The translations under genes were made by a program, and so were the position numbers. A stretch of 64,000 nt of DNA from Polyangiales bacterium (GTDB lineage: Bacteria; Myxococcota_A; Polyangia; Polyangiales; Polyangiaceae): the NCBI GenBank assembly GCA_038230375.1, contig JBBRNJ010000032.1:1-64000 (forward strand). The letters are read 5' to 3'. The notes under the pieces are model-generated. The model was not told the origin of the DNA. It was given only the letters and a program-made list of their open reading frames with translations, and did not search any database. Shown here one piece after another: positions 47,418-59,900 of the stretch. Numbering within the stretch: the first letter of the stretch is position 1; every line of letters begins with the position of its first letter.

Positions 47418-48341
47418 ATGGCATCCACTCTTGTCATTGGGACACTTCCGAACCTGGCCGCGTTCTGTCGCACGTTCGAGACGGGCAGCTTCACCAAGGC
47501 CGCCAGGCTTCTCGGCATCACGCCCCAGGCGGTGAGCCGAAGCGTGATGCGACTGGAAGACGCGGTCGGCATCACGCTCTTCCGGCGCACCACGCGTAGC
47601 CTTTCGCCGACGGAGTCCGCGCGGCGCTATTACGCGCTCTGCGTCCAGGCGCTCGCGTTGCTGTCGGCGGGCGAGCGGGAGCTCGTGGCAGAGCAGAAAG
47701 GCCCGGAGGGTCACGTCCGCATCAGCGCGCCGACGACATATGGACATCATCGGCTCTTGCCTTCGCTCAGCGCGTTCCGTGAGCGCTATCCGGCCGTACG
47801 CCTGGAGCTCCACGTGTCGAACCAGAACATCGACTTCGTGCGCGACGGCTTCGACGTGGCCATCCGGATGGGGCGCATCGGGGACCACTCGCTCGTCGCG
47901 CGGAAGCTCGGCGAGTTTCCGGTCGGCGTCTACGCGAGCCCCTCGTACCTGGCGCGCCACGGAGCTCCGAAGACGCCCGCCGATCTGAGCAAGCACGAGT
48001 GCATTGGGTTCGTCATGCCCAGCACCGGTCGCGTCCTTCCGTGGTCGTTCGTGCCGGGGCCACGCAGTCTGGTGCCGCACGCGATGTACCGCTGCGCAGA
48101 CGACGTGCTCGGGACGGTCACGCTCGCGCGCGCGGGCGTGGGGCTCACGCAGGCGTACGAGTTCCTGGTGGAGGCGGACGTAGCGAAGGGCACGCTGGTA
48201 GAGGTGCTCGCGGGCTTCCGTGGTCTCACGCGTCCGTTCTCGCTCGTGTATCCAGGAGCGGTGAAGCCGAGCACGGCGGCGCGAGCGCTGATCGACTTCA
48301 TCGTGTCGACGGCGAAGATGTCGGGTAGAGGACTCGCATGA
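47418..48341 (+). CDS. LysR-family transcriptional regulator
   Basis: GSFTKAA...AVSRSVMRLE HTH and LFRRTTR; divergent from the DJ-1 gene. Confidence 0.95.
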   Translation: MASTLVIGTLPNLAAFCRTFETGSFTKAARLLGITPQAVSRSVMRLEDAVGITLFRRTTRSLSPTESARRYYALCVQALALLSAGERELVAEQKGPEGHVRISAPTTYGHHRLLPSLSAFRERYPAVRLELHVSNQNIDFVRDGFDVAIRMGRIGDHSLVARKLGEFPVGVYASPSYLARHGAPKTPADLSKHECIGFVMPSTGRVLPWSFVPGPRSLVPHAMYRCADDVLGTVTLARAGVGLTQAYEFLVEADVAKGTLVEVLAGFRGLTRPFSLVYPGAVKPSTAARALIDFIVSTAKMSGRGLA

Positions 48342-49333
48342 GGATCGCAGAGCGTGGCGGCGCGAACCGAAATCACAGTGGGGAGTGGGGGAACCCCACG
48401 TTGAGGATCGTGGTCGTGGGTGCGGGCGCGGTGGGGGGATTGCTCGGCGCGATGTTGAAGCGCAGCGGCGAGGACGTAGCATTCGTCGCACGCGGAGCCT
48501 CGCGCGAGCGCCTCGTCAGCACGGGCATTCATGTCGACGGCCCCGACGGCGCGTTCGACGCGGGCCCGTTCGAGGCAGACCCGGACCCCCAGAAGCTAGC
48601 CCCTGCCGACGCGGTCTTCGTGGCCACGAAGAGCTGGCAATTGCCTGCGCTGGCGCCGCGCCTCCAGGGCCTCGTGCGCGAAGGCGGCGTGATCGTATCG
48701 CTCCTCAACGGCGTGGAAGCAGCGGACGTGCTCACGCGCGAGGTAGGAGCGGACAAGGTGCTCGGAGGCCTCTGCCACGTGCTCGCGAAGGCGCCGTCAC
48801 CGGGGATGGTGGTCGTCTCGGGACAGCCACTGCGGATCACCATGGGAGAGCTGACGGGCGCGGATCCGAAGAGCCCGAGCGCGCGCGTCGATGCGCTCGC
48901 GAACGCGCTGACGAAGGCGGGCGTCACCGTTGTTCTCCCACCGGACGTACGCATGGCGATCTGGGAGAAGCTGCTCTTCGTGGGCCCGATGGGCCTGATC
49001 GGCGCATCCACGGGGATGACGGTGGATCGCTACAGGGTGATCCCCGAGTCCCGCGCACTGCTAGCCGAAGCGATGCAAGAAGTACGAGCCGTGGCCAACG
49101 CAAGAGGCATCGCAGTACCCACGCAGACCGTGGAAGCGACGCTGGCCTTCATCGACGCGATGCCCGAAGGAGCCATGACGTCGATGCATCGCGACCTCAT
49201 CAACGGCAAACGCTCCGAGCTAGAAGAGCAAGTAGGAGCCATCGTCCGCCAGGGAAGAGAAGCCAACGTGGCAACGCCAGTTCACCAGGTCCTTCACGCG
49301 CTACTACGCGCCCGACACCCAGAGCCAAGCTGA
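48338..49333 (+). CDS. panE: 2-dehydropantoate 2-reductase
   Basis: GAGAVGG, LLNG, WEKL, TSMHRD and SELE motifs; the true start may be TTG 48401. Confidence 0.9.
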   Translation: MRIAERGGANRNHSGEWGNPTLRIVVVGAGAVGGLLGAMLKRSGEDVAFVARGASRERLVSTGIHVDGPDGAFDAGPFEADPDPQKLAPADAVFVATKSWQLPALAPRLQGLVREGGVIVSLLNGVEAADVLTREVGADKVLGGLCHVLAKAPSPGMVVVSGQPLRITMGELTGADPKSPSARVDALANALTKAGVTVVLPPDVRMAIWEKLLFVGPMGLIGASTGMTVDRYRVIPESRALLAEAMQEVRAVANARGIAVPTQTVEATLAFIDAMPEGAMTSMHRDLINGKRSELEEQVGAIVRQGREANVATPVHQVLHALLRARHPEPS

Positions 49334-49335
49334 GG

Positions 49336-49377
49336 GTCGAGGTCGAGGTCGAGGTCGAGGTCGAGGTCGAGGTCGAA
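49336..49377 (+). repeat. Tandem hexamer array (GTCGAG)6-GTCGAA
   Basis: Counted directly; fills most of the gap between the convergent stops at 49333 and 49390. Confidence 0.95.
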
Positions 49378-49389
49378 GCCGTCGCTAGT

Positions 49390-51465
49390 TCACTTCGGTC
49401 CGCTGGTCGCGCAGTGGCCTGCGATGCACGCGACTCCGGCGCTTGCTCCGCAGCAGTCCGCTGCCACCGTGCACTTCTCGAACTCGTTCGCGCAGCCCAT
49501 GGGCGGTGCCACGCATGTGAGCTGCGTTCCGCCGTCCGCGCCGTTCACCTGGCGGCAGAAGCCCGTGCAGCACTCGTCTCCGGACTCGCAGGAGTTGCCG
49601 TTCTGGTGGCACGGGTCCAGCGCCCAGAAGCCGCGCATGTTGCCGGCCGCGAGCTCCTGGCCTTCCAGGTAGAACGGCGGGTGGCTGGGATCGGCGCCAG
49701 CGGCGGGGTTCATGTCGACCGCGACGACCCACAGCTTCTTGCGCTGTGAGTTGCCCCACGGATCGCCGCCGACGACGGTGTTGCCGAACTGACGACGGCT
49801 GGTGAAGACGACCCAGTAGTAGCCGCCGACCGCAAGGGGCAGGGCCGTGGGCTCGTAGTTCAGGTGAAGGTCCGCCGCGCCGTACGGAATGTACTGAGCG
49901 CCGCCCTTCATCACGCCGTTGGCGGCGTCGAGCGCGACGCGCGTCTTGGTGGCCAGGTCGACTGCGTAGAGATCGCCGTGGTGGGTCTGCCACGTGGCGT
50001 AGTCGCCGCCGTCGACGGTGCCGAACACGAACGACTTGGTGTCCGGCATGAACGCGGGCCAGCCCACGAACATGGACGGATCGGTGACGACGTCGGTGAG
50101 GCCGGAGAACGCGTTCTTGGCGTTGTCGAAGTCCATCACGGCGAGCGTCTTGCCGGCGCCCGTGTCGTAGTGATTGAAGGCGACCTTCTTGCCGTCGGGT
50201 GAGAACGAAGGCATCAGCATGTGTCCCCCGAGGCCCGTCGCGGGAAGCGTGGTGCCCGTGCCCAGATCGATGAGCTCGGATGAGCGGTCGCCGCCTTCCA
50301 CGCCGGGGACGTTCGGAGGCCAGCTGCCCGCGAGGCCGCCGTTGCTGAGGAGCTTGGAGCCGTCCGGATACACGCCGCCAAAGCCGTATTTCTGATCGGC
50401 GCGGTTGGTGACGACACTGGTGGTGAGGTCCACCTTCTCGCCGGTCATGTACTCGTTCTGGCCGGACTGTCCGCCCATGGTCACGAGCACATTGCCGTTC
50501 GCGCTGACCGCATGGCAGACGGTGCAGGTGGTGCTGGAGCTGAGGATGTCAGCGGCCGCGCCCGGCTTCACGCGCATGACTGCGCCCTGGCCGTTCGCCA
50601 TCGGCGAGCTGTACGTGTTGTAGTAGACGGTGCCCTTCAGGTTGCCCTGCGCGATGGTCCACGACTCCTTGATGGGGCCGGTGACGCCGGCGGCCGAGAG
50701 CGTGGTGACCTCGACGTTGACCGGATCGCTCGAACCCGCGGACGACGTGATGGTCTTCCAGGCGGCGGGCGAGAGCGCGACCTTCGACGGGTTGCTTGCG
50801 CCGTACCAGCCCTTGTAGTCGAGGTTCTTGGTTGTAATATGCACGTAACTCGCGGAGGCCGCCTGACCCGCGAACTGCAGCGCCGGCGGCAGGAGGCCGC
50901 GCGGGAAGACCGTCTGGTCGTAGGGGTAGAGCCACGCGAACGTGCCGTCGGCCTTGCCGCCTGCGGTGAGCTGCGCTTGCACGCTGGGGCTCACCATGCC
51001 CGGGTTCTCCGTGGTGGTGAGGTGCACGGTGACCGTGGTGGAGCCGGAGAGGTTGCCGGCCTGCGCGGTGATCGTGGCCTGTCCGCCCGCGGTGCCCGAC
51101 GCCTTGAAGAGACCGTTGTTGTCGATCGTCCCGAGGGCCACGTTGTCGACGGACCACGTGGCGCCGACCGATGCGGAGCTGCCAGGCGGTGTCGCCTTGA
51201 ACTGCTGCGTGACGGGCATGCCGCCCGCGGTCACTGTGAGGACCGGGTTCGGCGGTGTGACGACGAGCGCGGCCTTCGTGGAGCCGTCCATTCCGCCGCC
51301 GCCGCCGAAGAGGCCACCACCGCCACCTTCGCCGTTGCCGTTGCCGCCGTCGGCGTTCACGTCGTCGAAGCCGCTGGTGTCGGGATGTCCACAACCAGCC
51401 GCCCACGTTGCCGCCGACAAAGCGACGCCCAGCACGAGCCACCCGAGCCCTCGTCCTACCCTCAT
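49390..51465 (-). CDS. Lipoprotein with Ig-like domain, TolB-like propeller and Cys-rich C-terminus
   Basis: Lipobox AAGC; PSFSPDGKKVAF; CTVCH; WVVFTSRR; C-terminal CxxxxDCC modules. Confidence 0.85.
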   Translation of the reverse strand: MRVGRGLGWLVLGVALSAATWAAGCGHPDTSGFDDVNADGGNGNGEGGGGGLFGGGGGMDGSTKAALVVTPPNPVLTVTAGGMPVTQQFKATPPGSSASVGATWSVDNVALGTIDNNGLFKASGTAGGQATITAQAGNLSGSTTVTVHLTTTENPGMVSPSVQAQLTAGGKADGTFAWLYPYDQTVFPRGLLPPALQFAGQAASASYVHITTKNLDYKGWYGASNPSKVALSPAAWKTITSSAGSSDPVNVEVTTLSAAGVTGPIKESWTIAQGNLKGTVYYNTYSSPMANGQGAVMRVKPGAAADILSSSTTCTVCHAVSANGNVLVTMGGQSGQNEYMTGEKVDLTTSVVTNRADQKYGFGGVYPDGSKLLSNGGLAGSWPPNVPGVEGGDRSSELIDLGTGTTLPATGLGGHMLMPSFSPDGKKVAFNHYDTGAGKTLAVMDFDNAKNAFSGLTDVVTDPSMFVGWPAFMPDTKSFVFGTVDGGDYATWQTHHGDLYAVDLATKTRVALDAANGVMKGGAQYIPYGAADLHLNYEPTALPLAVGGYYWVVFTSRRQFGNTVVGGDPWGNSQRKKLWVVAVDMNPAAGADPSHPPFYLEGQELAAGNMRGFWALDPCHQNGNSCESGDECCTGFCRQVNGADGGTQLTCVAPPMGCANEFEKCTVAADCCGASAGVACIAGHCATSGPK

Positions 51466-51583
51466 GGGGTGTAATCTTGCACTTATCCTGTTCTCCATCC
51501 CGTCACGGCCGCGTCTCCGCAGCAAAAACGCCTAGATTTCGTCCCGATTTCGGCGGCGGTGACGCGTTTATGGCGAGCTGGTA

Positions 51584-53404
<1,821 letters not shown>

Positions 53405-53428
53405 GCTTGCGCCGCGCCTGACGCGCGA

Positions 53429-54175
53429 TCACGCAAGACGTTCGAGCAGCTTCTTCGCGAACAGATAAGCGTCGCCGGGCCAGCGCGCGGACACGTAGTT
53501 GCCGTCCTCCACGACGAATGCGGGAGCATCGTTGGTGTCGGTGCCGCGCTTCGAGAGCTCATGTGGGCCGCGCACGAAGTCGTCCTCTGACTCCAGCGCC
53601 GCGCGGACCTCCTCCTCCACGTATGCGGGATACGTGCGGTAGTATTTTCCCAGCTTCCAGAACGTCAGCATGTACGCGGAGCGCTCCATGTACTTGGGAA
53701 GGCAGGTCGTGCGGCGACCGAAGAGGACGCTCTTCTTCGTCTCCGGATCCATCGTGCGCGCGACCACGAGCACGCCATGGCAGATCGCCCCGAGCGGGCG
53801 ATGCAGCTTGTTGAACGCGCAAACCTTCTCCTGCAGCACGTCGCTGCCCAGATACTGCCGCATGCCCGGCGCGTGTCCGCCCGGCAGCACGAGCGCGTCG
53901 TAGTCGGAGGCCACGAGGTCCTTCCACACGAGCGGCGCCTGGAACGCCTTCGACGTCGTCATGTCCTCGTAGAATGATTTCGGCTCGGGGTCCGCGCCCA
54001 GCTTGCCGAACAGCACGCCAGTGAGGAGCAGCGGATCGCAAGCGGGCTTCGTTCCGCCCTCCGTGGCGAACACGACATCATGCCCCGCGCGCGTGAGGAG
54101 CTTCCACGGCACCGCGACCTCCGTCACGTCGAAGTCGATATCGGGCAGGGGAACGAGAATCCGCTTCTTCGCCAT
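53429..54175 (-). CDS. DJ-1/PfpI family protein
   Basis: DFDVTEVAVPW, LPGGHAPG, AICHG and SARWPGD motifs. Confidence 0.9.
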   Translation of the reverse strand: MAKKRILVPLPDIDFDVTEVAVPWKLLTRAGHDVVFATEGGTKPACDPLLLTGVLFGKLGADPEPKSFYEDMTTSKAFQAPLVWKDLVASDYDALVLPGGHAPGMRQYLGSDVLQEKVCAFNKLHRPLGAICHGVLVVARTMDPETKKSVLFGRRTTCLPKYMERSAYMLTFWKLGKYYRTYPAYVEEEVRAALESEDDFVRGPHELSKRGTDTNDAPAFVVEDGNYVSARWPGDAYLFAKKLLERLA

Positions 54176-54225
54176 GCGCGCGCTCCTCTTATACGCGACC
54201 ACGCCTTCCGCACGCTATGGCATCG

Positions 54226-55605
54226 TCACCGCATCGTGAGGGCGGTCTGTCGGCTGCGCGTGGCCAGATCGCACTTCACAGCGCTGTAGAGCGTCTCGGG
54301 CTCCATGGGCTTGTTGAAGCGCCCTACCTCCTTGCCGTCGCGATCAAGGAGGATCACGGCGGGCAGGCCGACCACCCCGTACTTCTTCAGGATCGGCGCG
54401 TCGGGCTCCAGGTCGGTCGCATCGATCCTGAGGGCGACAAGCCTCCTCGCCTCCGTGCGCACGGCGGGGTCTGCGAACGCGTCTCGCTCGATGTGCTTGC
54501 AGGCGTCGCACCACTCCGCGCCGAAATCGATGAGCATCGGTTTCTTCTCGGCGGCGGCCTGCGCGAGCGCTGCCCCTTCGTCGGTGAGCCAGGCGATCGG
54601 CGGCGCGTTCGGATCCGCCGAGTGGTTCTGCGGAAACCACGAGAACAGCATCGCCGCGCCCAAGATCGCAGGCACGATGGACGCCAGCTTCATGGGTCTC
54701 GAGAAGCGTGCGATGGGCGAACGACGACGCTCCGCGAGCACGTGCACGATCCCCAGCGCGACGCCGAGCGCGAGCACCACGGCCGCGACGGCGCCGAACG
54801 CGTACCCCGGATGGCTCACCAGGCTCCGCACCGGCGCGAACTTGTCGCGGAGGTATGCGAATGCCATGAACGCAAGGCCAACGCCGCTCGCCCACTTGAT
54901 GCCCATCATCCACGCCCCGCCCTTGGGCAGGCTGACAGCGAACGCGCCGGCAAGAAAGAACAGCACCCCAAGGCCCAGCGCGAACGAGAAGAGCGCCGCC
55001 GCTCCGAGCAGCACCTGGCCGCTCTGCGCGATCACGGTGATCATCCCCGTGAGAAACGGCCCCGTGCATGGCGCCGCAATGAGCCCCATCACCAGGCCCA
55101 TCACGAATGCGCCCTTGAAGCCAACGCCGCCGACGGTGCTCAGCTTGTTGGTGAGCCGCGAAGGCAACGTCAGCTCGAACGCACCGAACATGGAGGCAGC
55201 GAGCGCGACGAACAGCAGCGCCAGCGCGGTGACGACCCACGCGTTCGACAATGCGGAGCCCATCAGCCGCCCGCTGACCGCGGAGATGATGCCCATCGGA
55301 GTGAACAGTGTGGCAATGCCGAGCACGAACGCGCCCGACAGCCCCGCCGCGCGCAATCGCGACTTCGCCTGCGTCGCGCCGAAGATGGAAACGGTGATCG
55401 GCACCATCGGATACACGCACGGCGTCAGGCTCGCAACGAAGCCAAAGCCGAACGACGCGATCACGGCGGCCACCGCACCATGGTGCTCCAGGATCGACTG
55501 GAACTTGCCAGTACCTTCCATCTCGACGCAGTTGCCCGCCATGGCGAACGCGGGCAGAAGCAGCACGACGACAACCACGCACATGGCAAACAGAGGATGA
55601 CGCAT
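54226..55605 (-). CDS. dsbD: DsbD/CcdA-type thiol:disulfide interchange protein with C-terminal thioredoxin domain
   Basis: SLTPCVYPM, AAPCTGP and DFGAEWCDAC motifs. Confidence 0.85.
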   Translation of the reverse strand: MRHPLFAMCVVVVVLLLPAFAMAGNCVEMEGTGKFQSILEHHGAVAAVIASFGFGFVASLTPCVYPMVPITVSIFGATQAKSRLRAAGLSGAFVLGIATLFTPMGIISAVSGRLMGSALSNAWVVTALALLFVALAASMFGAFELTLPSRLTNKLSTVGGVGFKGAFVMGLVMGLIAAPCTGPFLTGMITVIAQSGQVLLGAAALFSFALGLGVLFFLAGAFAVSLPKGGAWMMGIKWASGVGLAFMAFAYLRDKFAPVRSLVSHPGYAFGAVAAVVLALGVALGIVHVLAERRRSPIARFSRPMKLASIVPAILGAAMLFSWFPQNHSADPNAPPIAWLTDEGAALAQAAAEKKPMLIDFGAEWCDACKHIERDAFADPAVRTEARRLVALRIDATDLEPDAPILKKYGVVGLPAVILLDRDGKEVGRFNKPMEPETLYSAVKCDLATRSRQTALTMR

Positions 55606-55842
55606 CAGCACCTCCGCGAACGAACGCGTCCGCAATGGAGGAGCTGCAACCCATGGGCCATGCGCGACGCGCGGCCTCTCCCAACGAATCGCCGCTCTTC
55701 GTGGCCACAGGGTGGCGCGGATGGTCGACGGCCTCCCTCCGCACTGATGCGCGAGCGATCCATGTGCGTGCTGGTGGCCCCAGTTCCTCGCCCACGCTCG
55801 GCTGTCCCTGCGGCGCGGCATCTGTGCCGATGGCGGTGAGGG

Positions 55843-55925
55843 GTACACCTATCAGGTGTACAATTTCGGATGGATTTGCGAATTTGCCGGCAATTCCTCG
55901 CCGTGGGTACACCTGGAAGGTGTAC
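55843..55925. promoter_or_regulatory. Two copies of the palindrome GTACACCT-N3-AGGTGTAC, 64 bp apart (putative protein-binding sites)
   Basis: 55843-55861 GTACACCT-ATC-AGGTGTAC and 55907-55925 GTACACCT-GGA-AGGTGTAC, in a lower-GC intergenic patch. Confidence 0.6.
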
Positions 55926-56009
55926 TGATTTTTTCGGCGCCCTCAGACCTCCCGGTGCGTTGCGCCGATTTGGTCCGACGTGCGTGGTCGCAGGCTGCGG
56001 CCCGCGCGT

Positions 56010-56111
56010 TCAATCCAGTGAGAGCTTGAGTCCCAGCTCTTGCTTCATGTGAAGGAGTGCCTCTGCGTTGCCTCGCGCGTCGTCCACCGGGTTGTGCGTG
56101 TGGGCGGTCTT
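56010..56111 (-). pseudogene. 3' remnant of a DEDDh 3'-5' exoribonuclease (RNase AS/Rv2179c-like) gene
   Basis: KTAHTHNPVDDARGNAEALLHMKQELGLKLSLD-stop resembles the Exo III (HxxxxD) C-terminus of this family; the in-frame upstream sequence is unrelated. Confidence 0.55.
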
Positions 56112-56169
56112 GCTCGAGGACGAGACGCTACGGACACGCTTCGAGCGCCTCCCGCGACGCACCTGAGCT

Positions 56170-56859
56170 TCACTCAGGCGCGAACACACCACTCGGGCCG
56201 CCAATGTCCGGACACGGCGACGAGCTGGCGCGCGACTCGTGATGAACGTGCGCGGTGCCGGAGAGCAGCGGGCCGTCGCTCTTGCCAGGGGGCACCGCGA
56301 ACACCAGATCGCCGTCGACCGAGCTACTGTCCGTCGCCCTGAACGCGAACGTCCCCGCTGCCGCATTGCATACCGGCACACCAGACTCGAACGCCTCGCA
56401 CACGCTCGCGTTCAGCTCCGTGAGCGTGTAGTCGCCGCTCCTTGTCGGGAGGTCGAGCGAGACGGTCACGGTCGACAGCGGGAAGTCCACACGCTGGCCG
56501 CCGATGACGACCGTGAACGAGACCGTGCTCAGGAGCGACAGCGTTCCGCTCGACGTGCCCACCGTATCGGTGTCGAAGGTGCGCTGCTCGCCCGTGACGC
56601 GCCCCGTGCCACGCGCCCGGTAAGCCGACAACCGTTCGGGGGCGTCTGTGGCCGCGGTGATGCTCGCGTCCCGCGCCGCGCTGACGGACCGGGGCTCCGT
56701 GTACGCGAACGCGCTGGTGACGTTCCCTGTCGACTCGTCCACGGTACATGTCTTGGTGCTGCAGGCGGTCGTGGAGCTCGTGGCGGCGACGGACAGCAAG
56801 GCGGCTTGAAGGATACTTGCGAGGATGCACATGGTGCGGCGCTCTTCAGCAAGGTCCAT
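56170..56859 (-). CDS. Hypothetical exported/lipoprotein, beta-rich
   Basis: Hydrophobic leader then TTAC; start uncertain. Confidence 0.6.
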   Translation of the reverse strand: MDLAEERRTMCILASILQAALLSVAATSSTTACSTKTCTVDESTGNVTSAFAYTEPRSVSAARDASITAATDAPERLSAYRARGTGRVTGEQRTFDTDTVGTSSGTLSLLSTVSFTVVIGGQRVDFPLSTVTVSLDLPTRSGDYTLTELNASVCEAFESGVPVCNAAAGTFAFRATDSSSVDGDLVFAVPPGKSDGPLLSGTAHVHHESRASSSPCPDIGGPSGVFAPE

Positions 56860-56948
56860 ACCGCAGCGATCACGCCGAAATACGCATGAATCGCCGCCGA
56901 AGGTGAACCAGCGGCTGTGGCGCTGGAATCACATGTTGCGAGCGCGGG

Positions 56949-59900
56949 TCAGTCCTTCAGGCATTTCGCGAGGGCATCGAGCAGCGCCTCGCAGTTCCTC
57001 AGGCTGTCCTGCGTGCCGTCGAACCTTCGCGTCAGGCGCATGTCCGGCGTGAGCTTGTAGGGGCTCTGCTTCGCGGCGACCAGCTTCAGGACCTTCTGCG
57101 GATCCAGCGGCGTGTCCTCGCGCAGGTGCAGCGTGACGGTCTTCGCGCTCGCCTCGCAGCCCAGCGCGCGCAGCCGCCGCAGCTCCGTCTTCAGGCGCAT
57201 GAGCGCGACGAATCGCTTCGCGTCCTCCGGTGGCGGACCAAAGCGGTCCTCCATCTCCACGGCGATCTCCTCCACGTGCGCCTCGTCCGTCGCGCTCGCG
57301 AGGCGCTTGTAGAACGAGAGCCGCACGCCCACGTCGCCGATGTAGTCCTCCGGCAAGAGCGCGGGCACGTCGAACGAGAGCTCGGTGTCCACCTCGTGCA
57401 CGACGGTCTCGCCGCGCAGCTCCTTCACGGCCTCGTCCAGCATCTGGCAGAACAGCTCGAAGCCCACGCTCTCCACCGTGCCGGACTGCTCGCTGCCGAG
57501 CAGATCGCCCGCGCCACGAAGCTCCAGGTCGAGCGATGCGATCTTGAAGCCACTGCCTAGCTCCGTGTGGCGCTCGAGCGCCTCGATGCGCGCGCGTGAT
57601 TCGTCCGTCATCGCCTCTTGCGGCGGGACCACCAGGTAGCAGTACGCGCGCTCCTTGCTGCGGCCCACGCGCCCACGCAGCTGATAGAGCTGCGCCAGTC
57701 CGAACATGTCCGCGCGGTCGATGATGATCGTGTTCGCGCGCGGGATGTCCAGGCCGCTCTCGATGATCGCGGTGGCCACCAGCACGTCGTAGCGGCCGTC
57801 CACGAAGTCCAGCATGGTGCGCTCCAGCGCCGTCTCGCCGTCCGCGTTCGACCTGGTCATCTGTCCGTGCGCCACGGCGATGCGTGCGCTGGGGCAGAGC
57901 TCCTGCACGCGCTTTGCGCGCTCGTAGATGCCCTCGATGCGGTTGTACACGTAGAAGACCTGGCCGCCGCGCGACAGCTCGCGCGTGATGGCCTCCTTCA
58001 GCACGTTCGCGTCGTACCGGCTCACCACCGTGCGCACCGCGCGGCGATCCACGGGCGGCGTGGTGATGAGCGAGAGATCACGCAGCCCGCTGACGGCCAT
58101 CTGCAGCGTGCGCGGGATGGGCGTGGCGCTCAGCGTGAGCACGTCCACCTGCGTCTTCAGCTGCTTGATGCGCTCCTTGTGGACAACGCCAAAGCGCTGC
58201 TCCTCGTCCACGATCAAGAGGCCCAGGCTCTTCAGGTGGATGTCCTTGGAGAGCAGTCGGTGCGTGCCCACCACCACGTCGCACTTGCCGTCCTTCAGCG
58301 CGGCGAGCGTCTCGTCTTGCTCCTTCTTCGACTGGAAGCGGCTCATCACGCGCACGTTGATCGGGTAGTCGCGGAGGCGCGCCTCCAGCGTGCGAAAATG
58401 CTGCTGCGCGAGCACGGTGGTGGGACACAAGAGCGCGACCTGGCTGCCCGCGCTGGCCACACGAAAGGCCGCGCGGATCGCGACCTCGGTCTTGCCAAAG
58501 CCCACGTCGCCGCAGACCAGGCGATCCATGGGCCGCGTGGACTCCAGGTCCGCGTTCACGTCGCTGATGGCCTTCGCCTGATCGGGCGTCTCGTCGAACG
58601 CGAACGTGGCCTCGAACGCGCGGTAGTCGTCGTCTGCTTCCGGCAGCGCGTCGCTGACAGCGGCCTGGCGCTCCGCGTAGAGCTTCAGGAGCTCGTCCGC
58701 CATCTGGCGAACGGCCTTCTCCACGCGTGCCTTCGTCTTGCTGAAGGTCTGCCCGCCGAGCCGATCGACCTTGGGCTGCGCGCTCTCCCCGCCTGCATAC
58801 TTCTGCAGCTGATTCAGGCGGTAAACGGGCAGGTAGAGTCGATCGTTGTTGGAGTACTCGACGACGATGAGGTCGACCGTGAGCGACCCGACCTCCTTGT
58901 GGACCAGCCCCTGGTAGCGACCAATGCCGTGGTCCGTATGCACCACGTAGTCGCCCACGGTGAGCGTGCGCAGGTCCTCGATGAACGCGCGCGAGACATC
59001 CTTCTTGGTCTGCTCGCGGCGGCGGTGCGCACGCGCGCCAAAGATCTCCTCTTCCGTGATCAGTGCGAAGCCGTCCGCGGGAAGCACCAGCCCGCGCGTG
59101 ATGGGCCCGGTGACCACGCACGCCGTCTGCTCGAAGCGCTCCGCCAACAGCCCTGCCAGCGTCTGCGCTCCGAACCGCGTCTTCGTCTCCACGCCCTGGT
59201 GCTTCAGGAGCTGCACCAGGCGGTCCGCCTGCGTCTCCGTGCGCGCGGCCAGGAACACCGACAGTCCGTGGTCGTCGTAGTGACGGATGAGCGAGACCAG
59301 CGGCGAGAGCGAGAGCGTCTTCCCGCGCGTCGCCCGCGCTGCCTTCAGCGCACGTCCCAGGTCCTCGTTGTCCATCGCGGACAGATCCAGCGCGTCCTTC
59401 GGCGCCGCAAAGCGCAAGAGGCCGTCACTCGCCTCCTCACCCAGGATCGCCGTGCGATGCATCGCCACGAACCCGGCCGTCTCGATCGTGCGCGCCGCGT
59501 GCTCCTCGCCGCCATAGAACGAAGTGCCGAGAAAATGAGGCTCTTTCTCCTTCGCGCGCTCGTCCTCTTCCACGCGAACGCGCTCTTCTTCCAGCGCGGC
59601 GTGCAGGTCCGCGGGCCCCACGAGCACGAACAGCGCGTCCTCTGGCAGGTACGCAAGGATGGAGTCGAGCTCCTCGTAGTACGCGGGCAGCCATCCGTCC
59701 GCGCCGAAGAAGCCGCGCGCGCCACACACGTCGTCCGACAGCGCGCGGGTCTTCAGCGTGGGCCAGTCGATCATCTCGGACAGCTGCTGCACGCGGTCCT
59801 TCGCGCGCGCCACGTTCTTCGGCGTGAGGATGGGCTCGCGCGCAGGCGGCAGCCACACGCTGGGCTCCGTCCTGCCTTCCAGCGTCTTCTGCTCGAACGG

